Source: Isurus oxyrinchus (taxonomy: Eukaryota). Taken from it: DNA of 64,000 nucleotides. A program made the position numbers and the translations under genes. Where the stretch lies: NCBI GenBank assembly GCA_026770705.1, contig JANJGN010000152.1, positions 744,001 to 808,000 of the forward strand. Reading direction: 5' to 3'. Positions 1-13,219 of the stretch are shown piece by piece. The notes under the pieces were generated by a model. It was not told the DNA's origin, made no database searches, and worked only from the letters and a program-made list of their open reading frames with translations. Within the stretch, counting starts at the first letter, position 1; every line of letters begins with the position of its first letter.

Positions 1-2428
1 GCGTTCCACAAGGAGGTGAACAACCGTCTCCTCCTCGCCAGTCACCTCGAGGGCAGCGTGCAGATGGAATGAGACTCATGGAGTGTTGGAAGTATCTGAC
101 AGAGAGGGCCTTTTTCATCACCAGCCAAGCTACATCTTGCTGCTTGTTGGAAAGTTCTGGCGATGGGGCTTTGTTGGTCGCTGTTCAAAGACAAGACGGG
201 GCTGGTAATTGAAATTGAACTTAAGAAGACGGCATGGTTTTCACAGCTAAGCACTGTTGCAATTGATGTGAACTGATAGAGCACGTACTCTACAAGGCGA
301 GGGCAGTTTCATGACGGGGATGTTGCTGAGAGTCTCAGTGAGCACTTTCAATCTGTAATGTCGGTCAACTGCACACTCGGGATGGGCGAAGTGAACAATT
401 TCTCGAAGCTGTTGAGGTCTGCAGAAAAACATTTTCCCCTCAAAATCTGTTTTCTCTTCATAACCGCCAGTAAATTTCAACATGGTAAACTTGGGTTGGG
501 TTTCGGTTTGTGGCCGATACCAATGGAAACAATACCTGTTGACATAAACATTATTATGGGTACAAGCTGAAGCTACACCCGCTTCTTCCGTGTTAATCCT
601 TGAAGGCAGGGGCAGTATGAGCGAATCTCCATGACCCCGATCCCGAAATCAAGCTCAGAACGAGTAGATCAGATGCGCACGTGTTAAAAAAGTACATCAG
701 ATTCAAAACACATTGGGAAGGAGGGTGAGTAGGCAATGAGTTAGACGCACCACCATCAGCACCCGATTACAAACCATAATATCCACATTACTTCAGTCAG
801 TGGGAGAGTAGATTTCTATTCGGCAGCAAAACATAGTGAGAAGTGAAATAATAATGAAGACCGGCGTTGCACAGTTCTGCAGAATAATTCCTGACTCTGG
901 AATTCTCCAGGATGTCCTCGTTCGGTGAAGTGATGCATTTACCCGTCCCACTGGACTGCTCATCCAGACGATGCCAAAAAGGAACACCGGCAGAAATATT
1001 CCTGATATCAGAGCAGGCAATGCGGGACAGGCAGAGGGAACAAACAACAGAAGCTATTGCTGGGCCAAGACGAGTCAGATTTAATACATGTACAATTTGT
1101 AATGATTTCTTGCGACATGCTTGGCTGATATCAAAGCATTCGGATGCTGATTCATTTGAAAGGTCCAGACCCAGGGGACAGACCCTAGTCGTTGTGTCCT
1201 GCAACAGTCAGCTGAGCAAAATGCGAAGTGGTAGAATAGTGAGATTGCTGCTGTTGAGCGTAATACAGAGAACTAATACTCTGAAGATCAAAGCGAACTA
1301 AGGTCATGGGAGTATCACATTGTTGTAAAACCGCACCTGGTTCACTACTGCTTCAGAAAAGGATATCAGTCACTTTTACGTGGTCCGGCCCACATGTGAC
1401 TGCAAATTGACAATGATGAGATTGTTTCTTTACCGCACCCGGAAATTTCCTCGCACACCACTCATTTGAATCAAGGCTGTACAGAAGCATAGGACCGTGT
1501 GTGTATCCACAGCACAGACAAGGAGACTTACTATCACCGTCTCAATGACATTTCGCAATGCGAGTTTAGTCTTGGCCATGCCGGCTGTGTTCACTTCTGA
1601 AGAACGAATTAAAAATTGTTTCAATCACCATCACATCCCAGTGCCTCAATGCAGTCGTATCAGGCAGTGTCTGTGATAACATAGCCTAGAACATTATTCT
1701 AAATGGAAGTTTTGAAATAAAACTGGAGCACATTGATAAAACATATAAGAGCTCAAAATGCAATATCGAGATATCTTTCACACACACAGGGAATAATGAA
1801 CATGTTGTAATTATGGTCAGTGAGAGTGAGGGAGGAGTATCATCTGGGCATGTGTAAGGGAACTCTTGAGGAAGAAGAGAGAGGGAGCCCCGGAGAATTG
1901 AGTTAAAACATTTAACACTGACATGTAATAGATTTCACCATTTCAAAAAGAGAAGCAGTCCTTCATTTCCCCTATTCTTCTTGGCAAGGAGAATAACCTT
2001 TTCGAAATATGTTCCATTGTCTACCACTTTCGTGCAATGACACCCAACCACCCCACACCGTTTTCAACCTCATGATAGCTTAATGTCCAGCATAAATCTG
2101 CATCATCGGAAATCCTGGAAACATTATACTGTTCTATCTCCATCTTGATAACGTCCAGTGGACTCCAGCGGATCAGGAAGGATTGCTTCCCCAACACTGC
2201 TCTCGAAATCCGGATCCATTTCCTCTGTAAGGATAGTGAGTGTAATCCAGGTCAGGGCGCTTGAAGTTACTGTCTGCTCTCTCAAAGCCTGCCAGTCTCG
2301 CCGCACCACAGAGAACCCAGGAAGTGAGGTGTAAACATCCTGGGACACGACAACGGATAATTGAGGGCGGGGATTAGAAAGGGTGTCTTTAAATAACGAG
2401 CAGCCCATTGACAGGGCGGACTGCGATA

Positions 2429-2893
2429 ATGCGGCTATTCAGCATCTGGGTTGTGTGGGCAGCATTTCTGACAGGTAATCGTGAAGGGAATACATTTCAT
2501 ATTTATCTCATTTTCCAGGCATGGTTTCAATCAGATTTCAATCAGCTGTCGTCTTAACCTTTCTGTTTTCATAATTTTTTTTCCAGACGGGACTCATGGG
2601 GACTCTGTCACTCAGTCACTCTCGTCAGATGTCAAGACAGAAGGAGAAGAGGTGACTTTAAACTGTAACTATGATACTACATGGAGAAGCTAAATGTTAT
2701 ACTGGTACCGACAACACCCAGACACAGAGCCCCAGTTTGTACTGTTGAAGGATACCAATGACAATGAAAGAAAGGCAGAATTTGCGAGAAGTCGCTTCTC
2801 TGCAGGGCTCCTGACCGCCGCTAAATTCATCAGCTTAACCATCTCGGGTCTGCAGCTGACTGACGCTGCCGTCTATTACTGCGCTTTCAGACT
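2429..2893 (+). pseudogene. TCR alpha/delta-type V segment with a single in-frame stop (V1)
   Basis: Leader exon 2429-2474 (MRLFSIWVVWAAFLT, GT donor). V exon 2587-2893: DSVTQ..VTLNCNY..TWRS*MLYWYRQ..DAAVYYCAFR, with TAA at 2691-2693 in CDR1. Confidence 0.93.
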
Positions 2894-2932
2894 CACAGTG
2901 TTGAAAATCAATCTCACCCCTGTACAAAAACT
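2894..2932 (+). promoter_or_regulatory. 23-RSS of V1
   Basis: CACAGTG + 23 bp + ACAAAAACT. Confidence 0.95.
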
Positions 2933-3883
2933 GCCTCCGCACTGTTAGTGGGAGCTCCTGTCTGTTGGGGTTTGTGTAGAATCGCGGGTAGATGAAGCTA
3001 CAATGCGCAGCGGCGCTGTCAGCCGCCCAGACACACAGCGAGAGGAAACCACGTTAACCTCGGAACAAACTGTCACCCAACTGTTCCCGGGAGCGGCCAG
3101 GGAGTATACAACAAACTGCAGAATCCGATCTGCAGTGATGAGCAGTAGCAATATGACATGATGTCCCACTGTGTGCTCCACGAATTGGTTTCTCGCTAAG
3201 TCAAATATCAAGAAGATCACTTGCTACAGGCCGCGGAGTTTATCTGAAATGACTCAGAATTCTATCCGCAACCATGTCCACTTACTTAGTGAATTTCACT
3301 CAGCGGAGTGTCTCAGAGCAAACAAAGAGGTAAGAGATCAAGCGGAATTAAGTGCGGTAGAGCCAATATTACTCTTAAAAATTCTGAGAAGTTTTCAATG
3401 GGAAATTGTAAATTTATTTAACAAGAAACCGGCAATGAAGAAAGAAACCAATATGTCTCTGCTAGTGAAGTGGGATGAACAATTATGTTTAAGTTTCTTG
3501 CGGCGACGATTCACTTGAGTCCTTCTGATGCCGTATTAAAACATGCTACAATGAACGCTAAGCGCATCGAAACGGATCGCATTTGACATATTTTCAGTGC
3601 ACGATTGCAAGATGGCGACCTTCTTCGCCAAGAGACCGAATTTCCCTTTTTACACATATTTCCATTGCACTAGACAGACACTCGTGTGTTCGAGGGGGAT
3701 GATCTGGTGTAATATAAGCAGACACAGGGTCTAGTGTAATATTAATCTCCACACAGTACCTGACGAAATATAAATAATTACGTCATTTCGCAGTAAATCT
3801 GGCGCAGGGCCCAATGTAATATAAAAATATTCTAAAAAAAAAGGATATTCTTATACAATCAGCGATCACTCCTTGCTACTATC

Positions 3884-3979
3884 CGCTCTGTGGCACAACG
3901 GGCAGCGTGTCCGACTTCTAGCCTCTACCACTAAAGACACCTGCAAGTTGTGAGTTCGATTCGAATCCCACCAGAATCG
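3884..3979 (+). tRNA. tRNA-Arg(TCT), intron-containing, probable pseudogene
   Basis: GCTCTGTGGCACAACGGGCAGCG..GACTTCTA[intron]..GTTGTGAGTTCGATTCGAATCCCACCAGAATCG resembles vertebrate tRNA-Arg-TCT. Anticodon at 3917-3919, duplicated TTCGA in the T-loop, stem mismatches, T-run downstream. Confidence 0.75.
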
Positions 3980-4539
3980 AATTTTATGGCACAATTAAAG
4001 ACAAATTTGTCAATGATCTAAACAGAAAGATATTCTGCAGCAGAAATAACTCAGGCAGGATCTGGTGCCACCGGAAGCGAAACGAGTTCAATGCTGGAAT
4101 GATTGAGGCCAGCTCTTCTGTGATATAAACAAATGATTCATCCACTGCAGTAATAACGGAAGCCGTGCCTCGTGTTTTTTAAACTGAGAAAGAGGCCCGT
4201 GTTGTATAGAGAGAAACGCACAAATAACAGCGACTGAGAAACACGTATTACAAGAGGAGCTGGCCTTGTGCACCAGTAAGTGAGACAGAGTCTTGTGAAA
4301 TATAAACAGAAGAATGGTTTTAACCGTGCAGTGATAACAAATGGAGGGTCCAGGCCAGTATGAACTTAATTCTTATAGTAATCTAATAGCTAATCGGGAG
4401 CAGTAAGTATAATTCAGTACGTTCTCCTGTCTCATTTCTCCAGACTCTGGTCCGAGAAAAGAATTCCATTTACCTGACATATCGAACGGCCCCATTTATT
4501 AGCAATCTGCTAAAACACAATCATCTGAGGTGACATTGA

Positions 4540-5035
4540 TTACTTGAATTAGTGGCAACACTACCACCTCCACATTGCATTCAATGGTATGACCTACTGT
4601 GAATTCTCCACCGTTAACAACCTGAACTGAGCCTCCCACAATAGCACGCCACAGCTCGATGTTCTGCGTCGACTGGCTCACCTCCAAACTCCCAAGCGTG
4701 GCTTGAGTATGTGGAGTCCAGAGGATGGGCTGCAGGAACACACCAAGCCTTCTTTGAAAGTATCTTTCAAACCAATGATCTCAATCACTCAGAAGGGCAG
4801 CGGGTGCCAGGGTTAACAGCCGCTATCCCCTCCAAACCTTATCCTATTCCAACTTGTAAATATGTTGCCGGTCTTCCATTGACCCTGGGGTCTAATTTTG
4901 CAACACCCGTGCTAAAGACACTGTGGCTACACCTTTGGCATGCGGACTGCAGTGATTCATGAAGGCTGCTCACTATCACCTTATTAGTGGGAACGGGAAA
5001 TCTGCACTGAATGCCAGTCATCCGAGAATTAATGT
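4540..5035 (+). mobile_element. Degenerate CR1-type LINE 3' fragment
   Basis: Similar to the better preserved copies at 18985-19320 and 56600-57190. Confidence 0.6.
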
Positions 5036-5710
5036 GTCGTAATGTGAGAAACAGCAGGCACATAATGACAAACACCAGGCGTTATCTTGCTTAATTTCTG
5101 TCATTCGTTCTTTCGTTCACTTATACTCTATATTTGCACTCTTTCCTTTCGTTTTTCTTCTTTCCCTATGTCAGTCTTTATCTTTAATCTCCCACTTCCT
5201 CTGGTGCATTCTCATACATTAATTCTCTTTCTGTTTTTGCAATATGGAAAGCTTTCAACAGTTGCCTTGCATGTCACGAGTATTATAGTTTGAGAAAGTG
5301 GTGTGAGACAGTGATAGAGGGGTGAATCATCACACTCAAGCCCCGCCCAGCATAGTGGCAATCATCGGAAGAAAAGTGTTTTGCTGCGAGATAGGACCAA
5401 GTCAGTACGTTCCATCAGGAGCTCCACTTGATGTAGACGCAAAGGCCTGGTTTGTGGAGAGGGGGCACCGCAGAATTTGCAGCCAACAATTCACCCACTT
5501 GTATAATGGCATCATGCACCTTGCCAATGTTACGAATGGGAGGCATAAAACCGTGGGCTGATCTGTTTGTTTACTGAACTGCAACTAAGATGTATGTTGT
5601 AACTTAATTTTGCCTCTGGAGACGTCATTCGGAATAAGTGAGGGAGGCTTTGAATGCGTCGCAGAACTAAAGTGCACAGTTTCGGGAATCACTTTCTTTT
5701 CTGAGAGACG

Positions 5711-8132
5711 ATGCACGGGCCAGTAAAAGCCTCTTCTTTGGCATTTGCTATCCCATTCTCGCTGTTATTGGTGCCTCTGGTAAGTGCTGGATCACAGATA
5801 AGTTATTTATGATTTTTTTACAAATCCACAGAAAGTTTGTCTCGTCCCTTTCAGGGTTGGGATCATTTTTTTCTCTAATATTCAGTGCTATCAAAGTGTC
5901 AAGGTTCTCAACCAGGTTCCGATGCCTTATATGGGATTAAACTGTGTTATGGCGAATTATAGAGCATATGTTGTACTTGCATTGTGCAGCATTACAAGGT
6001 ACAATTCAATTGATTTTGTAGGAATACTGTTTACTGGATTGCTGAAAAATGAATTATAATGTGTGGCTTTGCATGAACATAAACCTGTTATATCGCTGAA
6101 CGCTTATTTTGAGGTCGTCAATTACAATCTAGTGTTTTAAGTGTTGTGTGGAATAATAGCATACCACAATGTAGTAACATATTTTCGTTCCTGTATCTTA
6201 CTACAGCATCAGAAAACGAATTAGAGTGAAATCATTATATTAGATGAATTGCAGTATAAACATAAGTTTAGTAATTACACTAATGTACTTTTCAACCTGT
6301 GAAAGAATATAATAGTTACAGTACAGTGAGTGCTTACTGGACAATCCCGACTGCTAATCTAGCCTTAGTAATTAATTATGGAAACGTTTGAAAGGTGTTA
6401 GTGGAGGTCAGAAATTGGTGGCCTATTATGTATTTTGCTTTTTGTTAGTTGGTTTTGCATATTTTGAATAATGAAATGTTTCAGTCATCCACGGAGTTTG
6501 GGTATAACCAGCAAGTTCAACGTTTATTGCTCATTTTTATTTCTCACGTGAAAGGTGGAGTTGTGCTTGTTTCTTCAGTCACTGCAGTGCGTATGGTGGG
6601 GATGCTTCACAGGAGCCTGAAAAAATACACTTAATACCGAACGCCAGGAAGAGATATTTAACCCAAAGTTTGACCAAAGACTTTGGTTGTAAGGAACGTC
6701 CAAAAGAAGGAATGAGAAAGGCAGCCGTTGAGAGAGGGAATTAAAGAGATGATGGCCTCAGCAGCTCCAGGCAGAACTGCTACTAATGGGAAGGTTAATT
6801 TCAGGGATACACGAGAGAACAGGATAGGACGTTCACTGAGATCTCAGATACTTGTAGTTGTACAGGGATTGGGAGAGGTGAGGAAACAGAGGGGTTCCAA
6901 AAATGGAAGGGATAGATTACGAAAACTGAGACATTGCCGCCTGATAGCTAATCTTTGTCAGCGAGCATAGGCTTAATGGGAATACGGGCATTGCTTTGAC
7001 TTAGGCCACCGGTAGCACATTTTTCGGATGATCTTAATTTGGATAGCGAGACCTTGGGATCGACTCAGTGACTAGAGAGCAGAATTTGTGGCGGGGGCCG
7101 ATTGAAATGCCGTCTGCATTGACAAGTTCCATGCAGCATTGGATACCGAACATTGACCAAAGGCTTTGAAACAGCTGCAGTCCGGAAATGGCAGAGGGCG
7201 GCCCGTGGGGGTACAGTAACTGATTGGACGAGAGAGTATTGGTGTTTGGATTCTGCACAGTAACATCTCTCTCTCCTGATCTCTCACAGCCAACCTGTTG
7301 GGGATCGTACCTGGTGGCGGTAGCAGTGAGTGACCTCCTGGTCATCATCACTGCCGCCATCCTCAGCCGGATCTGCCGCATCTACTTTCAGGATAGTGTC
7401 CTGTCCACCACTCCCGCATGCACACTCAGCAATCTGCTGGTCTATGTCACCCAGGATGGCTCAGCCTGGCTGACTGTGGCCTTCACCATCAACTGTTTCA
7501 TGGCCATCTGCTGTCAGACCCTGAAGGCCAGATACTGCACCGAGAAAACAGTGTTGCCGGTTATAGCACTGGTCAGTGCCCTGAGCTGCGTGAGGAACAT
7601 CCCATACTAGTTCAGCTACCAGCCCTTGTACATCCCGGACGGGGTGCCCTGGTTCTGCGCCCTCTAGTCCACCTATTATTCTTTGCCCATCTGGCAGGCC
7701 TATGACTGGCTGAACCATCTTAACTCCTTTCCTCCCATTCCTCCTCATTCTGCTGCTCTACGGCCTGACTGGGCACATCTTAGCGGCCAGCAGAGCCCGC
7801 AAAGGACTCCTGGGCATCAAGTGTCATAGAGACACGTCTTCACCAACCGCAAGAGGTCCATTGTCCTGCTTTTTGCCATCTCGCTCAGCTTCTTCCTCCT
7901 GTGGGCCATCTATCTCTTACATTTCCTCTACGTTCGGATCACAGGTGAGCGCTACATCACCAGCCTGGATTTCAATGATCCGCGGTACATCCTTCAGGAG
8001 ACAACCGATATGCTCCAGTTAGTGGCCCAGAGCAAGTTCTGGGAAGAGCTGAAGAAGGTGCTGATGTGTCCTTTCACCAAGGCCACTGGTTGTTTCAAAC
8101 AGTTGAAACACTTTAAAACATCCTCATACTAA
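5711..8132 (+). pseudogene. GPR139-like class A GPCR pseudogene (2 exons)
   Basis: Exon 1 5711-5779 is 69 nt, versus 70 nt in the intact paralog (frameshift). Exon 2 starts at 7290 with deletions and stops (e.g. 7608-7610) and keeps YLVAVAVSDLLV, WLTVAFT, LKARYCTEK and NRKRSIVLLFAIS motifs. Confidence 0.9.
6640..7250 (-). mobile_element. Old L2-like LINE fragment in the GPCR pseudogene intron
   Basis: Degenerate; same position and antisense orientation as 45800-46440 in the paralog. Confidence 0.5.
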
Positions 8133-8239
8133 TTCACTTCCAACACAGTGGTTCAGTATGTAGCAGCACTCTCTCTCTCTTTCTTTCTCTTTCACTCTTT
8201 CTCTTTCTCCCTCTCGTTCTCTCTCTCGCTTCCTCTCTC

Positions 8240-8480
8240 TCTATCTCCAGAACCAGAAAGTCCTGGGCTGTAACTCTCTTACTTGAGAGATGTCAGGCCC
8301 ACACTCCAGTGCCGGCAGTGTCCCTGTGGCCCTGAATGAATATTGAACTATTGCAGTTGCTGCCTTCCTGGTTGAGATACGAAACCACTGAGAGTATCTG
8401 CCCTCTCAGATGGAATCTCAATACTCCAATTTCAAAAATGAGCAGGAAGAGCTTTCCCCAGCTTCCTACAATAATTTTCC
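8240..8480 (+). mobile_element. Deu-domain (SacSINE1-like) SINE, degenerate
   Basis: Similar to 42950-43370 and 61970-62280. Confidence 0.5.
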
Positions 8481-8647
8481 CTCATTTAACACCATTGAAA
8501 ACAGCGACCTGATTATTTCTCCAATTACATTTGTGGAATCTTGCTCTGTGCGCATTTGCTGATGTGTTTCCCACATTACACTGGGGGAAGACTGGATTGG
8601 CAGGAAAGCACTTTGGGAAACCCCGAGGTCCCTTCTTTTCATCTTTG

Positions 8648-8670
8648 TTTCTTTCTTTCTTTTTTATTTT

Positions 8671-8722
<52 letters not shown>

Positions 8723-8725
8723 TCC
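8648..8725. repeat. (TTTC)n microsatellite
   Basis: Directly visible. Confidence 0.95.
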
Positions 8726-9189
8726 TTCAGTCTCTCTTTCTTGTTTTCTTCCTCCCACTTCACAGACACAATTTCCACTAAAGTTACTCTTAACATTTAA
8801 AACAAAGTATTTGATGGAATGGGAAGTGGTTTATGAAGCAGTGAATTGTGACCTGGATTCTGCTGCCTTTAAGGGAGCTGGACGCACATTGAATTGTGAA
8901 TTTCAAAAGTTGATTTAATAAAGACAAAGGCGACATTTTGTTAAGAACAAGTAACTATTACTAACAGAGATCCAGCATACACGCCATGACCAACTGATCT
9001 TCTCCTTTGCTTTCTGGTTATAATCAGCACTATTAGCGACCTCAGGCCACCCGCACCACCTTTCTCGGTGAATAAACTGTTTTATGAGAAACGCTGCAGC
9101 AGATTTGGGCAGCGACAGGTCCCTAATCTCATTCTTATCACTGAAAAGCATCCATCTGCTCTTCGCCATTTGTGGTTAGGGGCTTAACT

Positions 9190-9720
9190 TATCAAGAAGT
9201 CGTGAATAGTTTGAATCAATAACCATTGGATTTTGGAAGAATGAGAGGTGAACTTATTGAAAGCTATAAGGTCCTGAGGCGGAGGGTGGTGGGGGGTGGG
9301 AGTGGCGTGTGGGTGTGTGGGGTTGTGGGGAACTGTGGTGCGCCTTTACATTGTGGATACTGGGAGGATGTTTACACTTGTGGGAATGACCAGAACTAGG
9401 GGGAAGAGTTTAGGAATAAAAGGCTTACCTTTAAGACTAAGATGAGGAGATTTGTTCTTCTCTCAGAGGGTCGTTAATATGTCAAATTCTCCTCTCAAGA
9501 AAGCTGTGGAGGCTGAGCGATTAATGTATTCAAGGGGGAGTTATGTTCTGCTAATGCCATGAGTTAGACGGATTTTTGATAGACTAATGTCTAAAGGGGC
9601 AGATGGGAAAGTGATTTTGAGGCCACAAACAGATCATCTATGGAATGGATGGAATGGTGGATTAATCTCCAAGGGCTGAATGGCCTACTCCTGCTCCTAA
9701 GTCCCATGGTCGTATTTTCA
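9190..9720 (+). mobile_element. CR1 LINE 3' fragment
   Basis: Typical AGGATGTTT..CTTGTGGG..AGAACTAGGGG..GGGCTGAATGGCCTACTCCTGCTCCTA tail. Confidence 0.75.
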
Positions 9721-9779
9721 TATGCTTGGCGAGAGAGTATGGATGGCTTTGGGAGGTTTGAAACACAGAATGACAATGA

Positions 9780-10243
9780 CAAGGTCTAGTGTAATGTAAG
9801 CAGCGACATGGAGAGACCTAGTGTAATAGAAACTAAAAGGTTGTCCAGCGCAACATTAAATGAGCCAAATATGTCCTGACATAATGACAGGATAAGATCT
9901 AATCTCATCAAAGCTGATGTGGTTTAATGTAATAGGGACAAGATCTGATAAGTCAATAACAGAGATAGGAACTAATCAAATATAAAAGTGGACATCATGC
10001 ACTGAAAACTGAGAAAGGGACTTGCATTATATAAACAGAGACACACTCAAGTACAATAATAATTGAAAACGGATTGTGTGAATGGTAAACCAAGGCATTG
10101 CCATGCATAGTATGAAATAAGGCAGGGCCCAGTGTGATACTACAAGTTACATGCTTTTGCAAACATTCAGGATGATGTGTTTCGTACTTTGTACACACAT
10201 GTACTCTACATACAAAATAATCAAACATGCGTAATGGAACACA
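9780..10243. repeat. Degenerate ~30-bp minisatellite (CAGGGTCTAGTGTAATATAAAC-like)
   Basis: Recurring motif; related arrays at ~3700-3830 and ~4190-4370; runs into the N gap. Confidence 0.6.
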
Positions 10244-10424
10244 NNNNNNNNNNNNNNNNNNNNNNNNNNNNNNNNNNNNNNNNNNNNNNNNNNNNNNNNN
10301 NNNNNNNNNNNNNNNNNNNNNNNNNNNNNNNNNNNNNNNNNNNNNNNNNNNNNNNNNNNNNNNNNNNNNNNNNNNNNNNNNNNNNNNNNNNNNNNNNNNN
10401 NNNNNNNNNNNNNNNNNNNNNNNN
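10244..10424. other. Assembly gap (N)
   Basis: N run. Confidence 1.
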
Positions 10425-11272
10425 CACTCGGAGATTGTTAAAAGATTCACCCCAATTTTTCACCCAAACATTAAGTTCTCCGGATCTCAGAAAGCGCTAA
10501 GTCTCAAGAAAATCTCAAATACATTTGATATTGTAATGCAGGAAATGTTATTTAAACAGAAGAAGGCGGCAATGTACAATCACTTGTGATCAATAATAGA
10601 TTTGTGGTCAATAATAACAATTCATTATGCCACAAAATGATCAACATATTTCAACAATTTAGATTAAGAAATTGCTCGCCTTTTGCTTCTGACTACCCGG
10701 TGCCATTGGGCCAAAGTTCATTGCCTATTTCATCTTAGCCACAACACCTGCAACTTATGTACAAACTCTTGCCCTGAATTTTATGAAGTGAAGTGTCACG
10801 GAACAAGGTTGTTTCCTGTAATCTCCATCTGTGAGCTGTGACACCAGCAAACTGACAGTTCTGCAAGGTTTAGTCAAAGCTGAAGTGCTGTAGCGACATC
10901 CAGTGATAACCTACGGAAAACAATGATTCTTAATTTCTACTCGAATATTGCTACATGATTTTGCTGAAGTATTACTACGCAAGAATATTATGAATGCTGT
11001 TACTTTTATTTTATTACTAGCATAACTTACCTGTTTATTATTTTCCATTTTCAGCCGTTGGTCTTTAGCAGAAATTGTGAGATTATTTGGCTCAGTCTTC
11101 TTGTGTGTCCAATTGCTTGACACAGTACATGCTCATTTCCATTGATGTTAATAATTCCACTATTATAAGGTTGGATTGAAATTTCGTAAATACGGATCAG
11201 TCTTCCTACTTCCCTAATCATCAAAGGCGGACACAAATCACAATTGAACAGGTCCATGAATGAAGGGCGATG

Positions 11273-11430
11273 NNNNNNNNNNNNNNNNNNNNNNNNNNNN
11301 NNNNNNNNNNNNNNNNNNNNNNNNNNNNNNNNNNNNNNNNNNNNNNNNNNNNNNNNNNNNNNNNNNNNNNNNNNNNNNNNNNNNNNNNNNNNNNNNNNNN
11401 NNNNNNNNNNNNNNNNNNNNNNNNNNNNNN
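11273..11430. other. Assembly gap (N)
   Basis: N run. Confidence 1.
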
Positions 11431-11762
11431 AGAGTCTGACAGCTGAACCGTGTTAACAGTGAGAGTGGTGGAGACTTTCTCACGGTCCTCAGATACTTTA
11501 AATCTTCCCTCAATTCTTTTGTCTCTATATGTGAAGGTAAGACACTCGGGAGCTTGACTGAGGAATGGTCAGTACAAGAACCAAATTTCTGGCCTGAAAG
11601 CCCTCCGATATATCGATATCTGAAATATATCCGAGTGACAAAGAGCAACTGCCAAAACAACAATAAAATCAACTTAATGATATTGGAAGCAGAATTAAAT
11701 AAAGTGCCCGTGGATTTAGGCAATATAAACTGATCTATCTATCTATCTATCTATCTACATAG

Positions 11763-12700
11763 GGCAGCCTGGTGCTGCTCCTGGTATGTCCTCCCTCTTC
11801 ATTGAACCAGGGTTGATCCCTGGCTTGATGATACTGGTAGATTGGGGGATATACGGGGCCGTGGGGTTACAAATTGTTTTTGAGTACAATTCTGCTCCAG
11901 CTCATAGCCCACTTAGCCTCATGGATGCTCTGTCTTGAGTTGCAAGATCTGTTCACGGTGGTAGTGTTACACAACACGATGGATGGTATCCTCAATGTAA
12001 AGGCGGGACTTCGTCTCCACAATGACTGTGAGGTGGTCACTCTTACCAACACTGTCATGGACACATGCATCTGCAGCAGGCAGATTGGTGAGGATGAGGT
12101 CAAGAAAGTTTTTCCCTCCTGTTTGTTCCCTCACCACCTGCCGCAGACCCAGTCTAGATGCTACATCATTTAGGACTCGTCCAGCGCATTCAGTAGTAGT
12201 GCTACCGAGCCATTCTTGGTGATGGACATTGAAGTACTTCACCCAGAGTACATTCTGTGCCCTTGCCACTCTCCGGTGCTTCCTCCAATTGGTGTTCAAC
12301 ATGGAGGAGCACTGATTCATCAGCTGAGGGAGAGTGGTACATGGTAATCAACAGGATGTTTCCTTGGCCCATGATTAAACTGATGCCACGAGACTTCATG
12401 TGTCCTGGAGTCAATGCTAAGGGTTCCCAGGGTAACTCTCGACTGTATACAACTGTGCCCCCACCTCTGCTGGGCCTTCCCTGCCAGTAGTTTTGGTGTC
12501 TGGGACATTATCTGCAAGGTATGATTCCATGCAGATGATCAGCCTATGTCAGGTGATGCTTGACGAGACCTTGAGACAGCTCTCCCAATTTTGGCACGGA
12601 CCCGATATATCAATAAGGAGGATTTTGCAGGGTTGACAGGACCGAGTTTGTGTTGTTGTTTCCGGTGTTTAAGTCGATGCTGGGAGGTTCGTCTGGTTTC
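11763..12700 (-). mobile_element. CR1-type LINE, endonuclease region of ORF2, disrupted
   Basis: Minus-strand pieces VLWVKYFNVHHQEWLGS, NFLDLILTNLP and SVGKSDHLTV match APE-endonuclease motifs. Confidence 0.85.
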
Positions 12701-12739
12701 ATTCCTTTTATTGTGACTTTGTGACCTTGTTCATAACTA

Positions 12740-13005
12740 AATGGCTTGCTCGGCCATCTCAGGGGGCATTTGAGTCAACCACATGGCTGTGGGTCTGGAG
12801 TCACATGTAGGCCAGACCAGGTAAGAACGACAAATTTCCTTACCTAAAAGGCTTTAGTGGACCAGATGGGTTATTACAACAATCAACAAGTGATTCTTTG
12901 CCATCATCAGACTTTTAATTCCAGATTTTTATTGCATTAAAATTCCAACACCTGCCGTGGCGGGATTCGAACCCAAGGCATTACTCTGGGTCTCTGGATT
13001 ACAGT
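12740..13005 (-). mobile_element. tRNA-headed SINE-like segment abutting the LINE 5' end
   Basis: Box-B-like GGTTCGAATCCC on the minus strand; same body as 24630-24880 and 38195-38500. Confidence 0.75.
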
Positions 13006-13205
13006 GGATCAAAAATGACGAATGGGTCTCTAGTGATGATGTGAATCAAATTGCGCTTCAGTGGTTTCTGCAATTTGACTAAAATAGAAAAATGACAACC
13101 TCTTGTGTGGTGATCGACTGTGGCTATCTGCTTGTGTACACTTGTCTGCAAATGTCTGTTTATCTGTCTGCATCTGGGCAGATTTCCAGGTGAGGTTTGT
13201 GTTGT

Positions 13206-13219
13206 CCACCAGAGGGCGC
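13206..13219 (+). promoter_or_regulatory. CTCF motif
   Basis: CCACCAGAGGGCGC, consensus match. Confidence 0.75.

Noticed and set aside
1-1300. Coding-like composition and ORFs of up to 135 aa
   Set aside because: No recognisable motif or exon structure; needs BLASTX
8482-8918. Lys/Glu-rich and Phe/Leu/Ser-rich ORFs (also 13714-14186 and 51491-52237)
   Set aside because: Translations of microsatellite or low-complexity DNA
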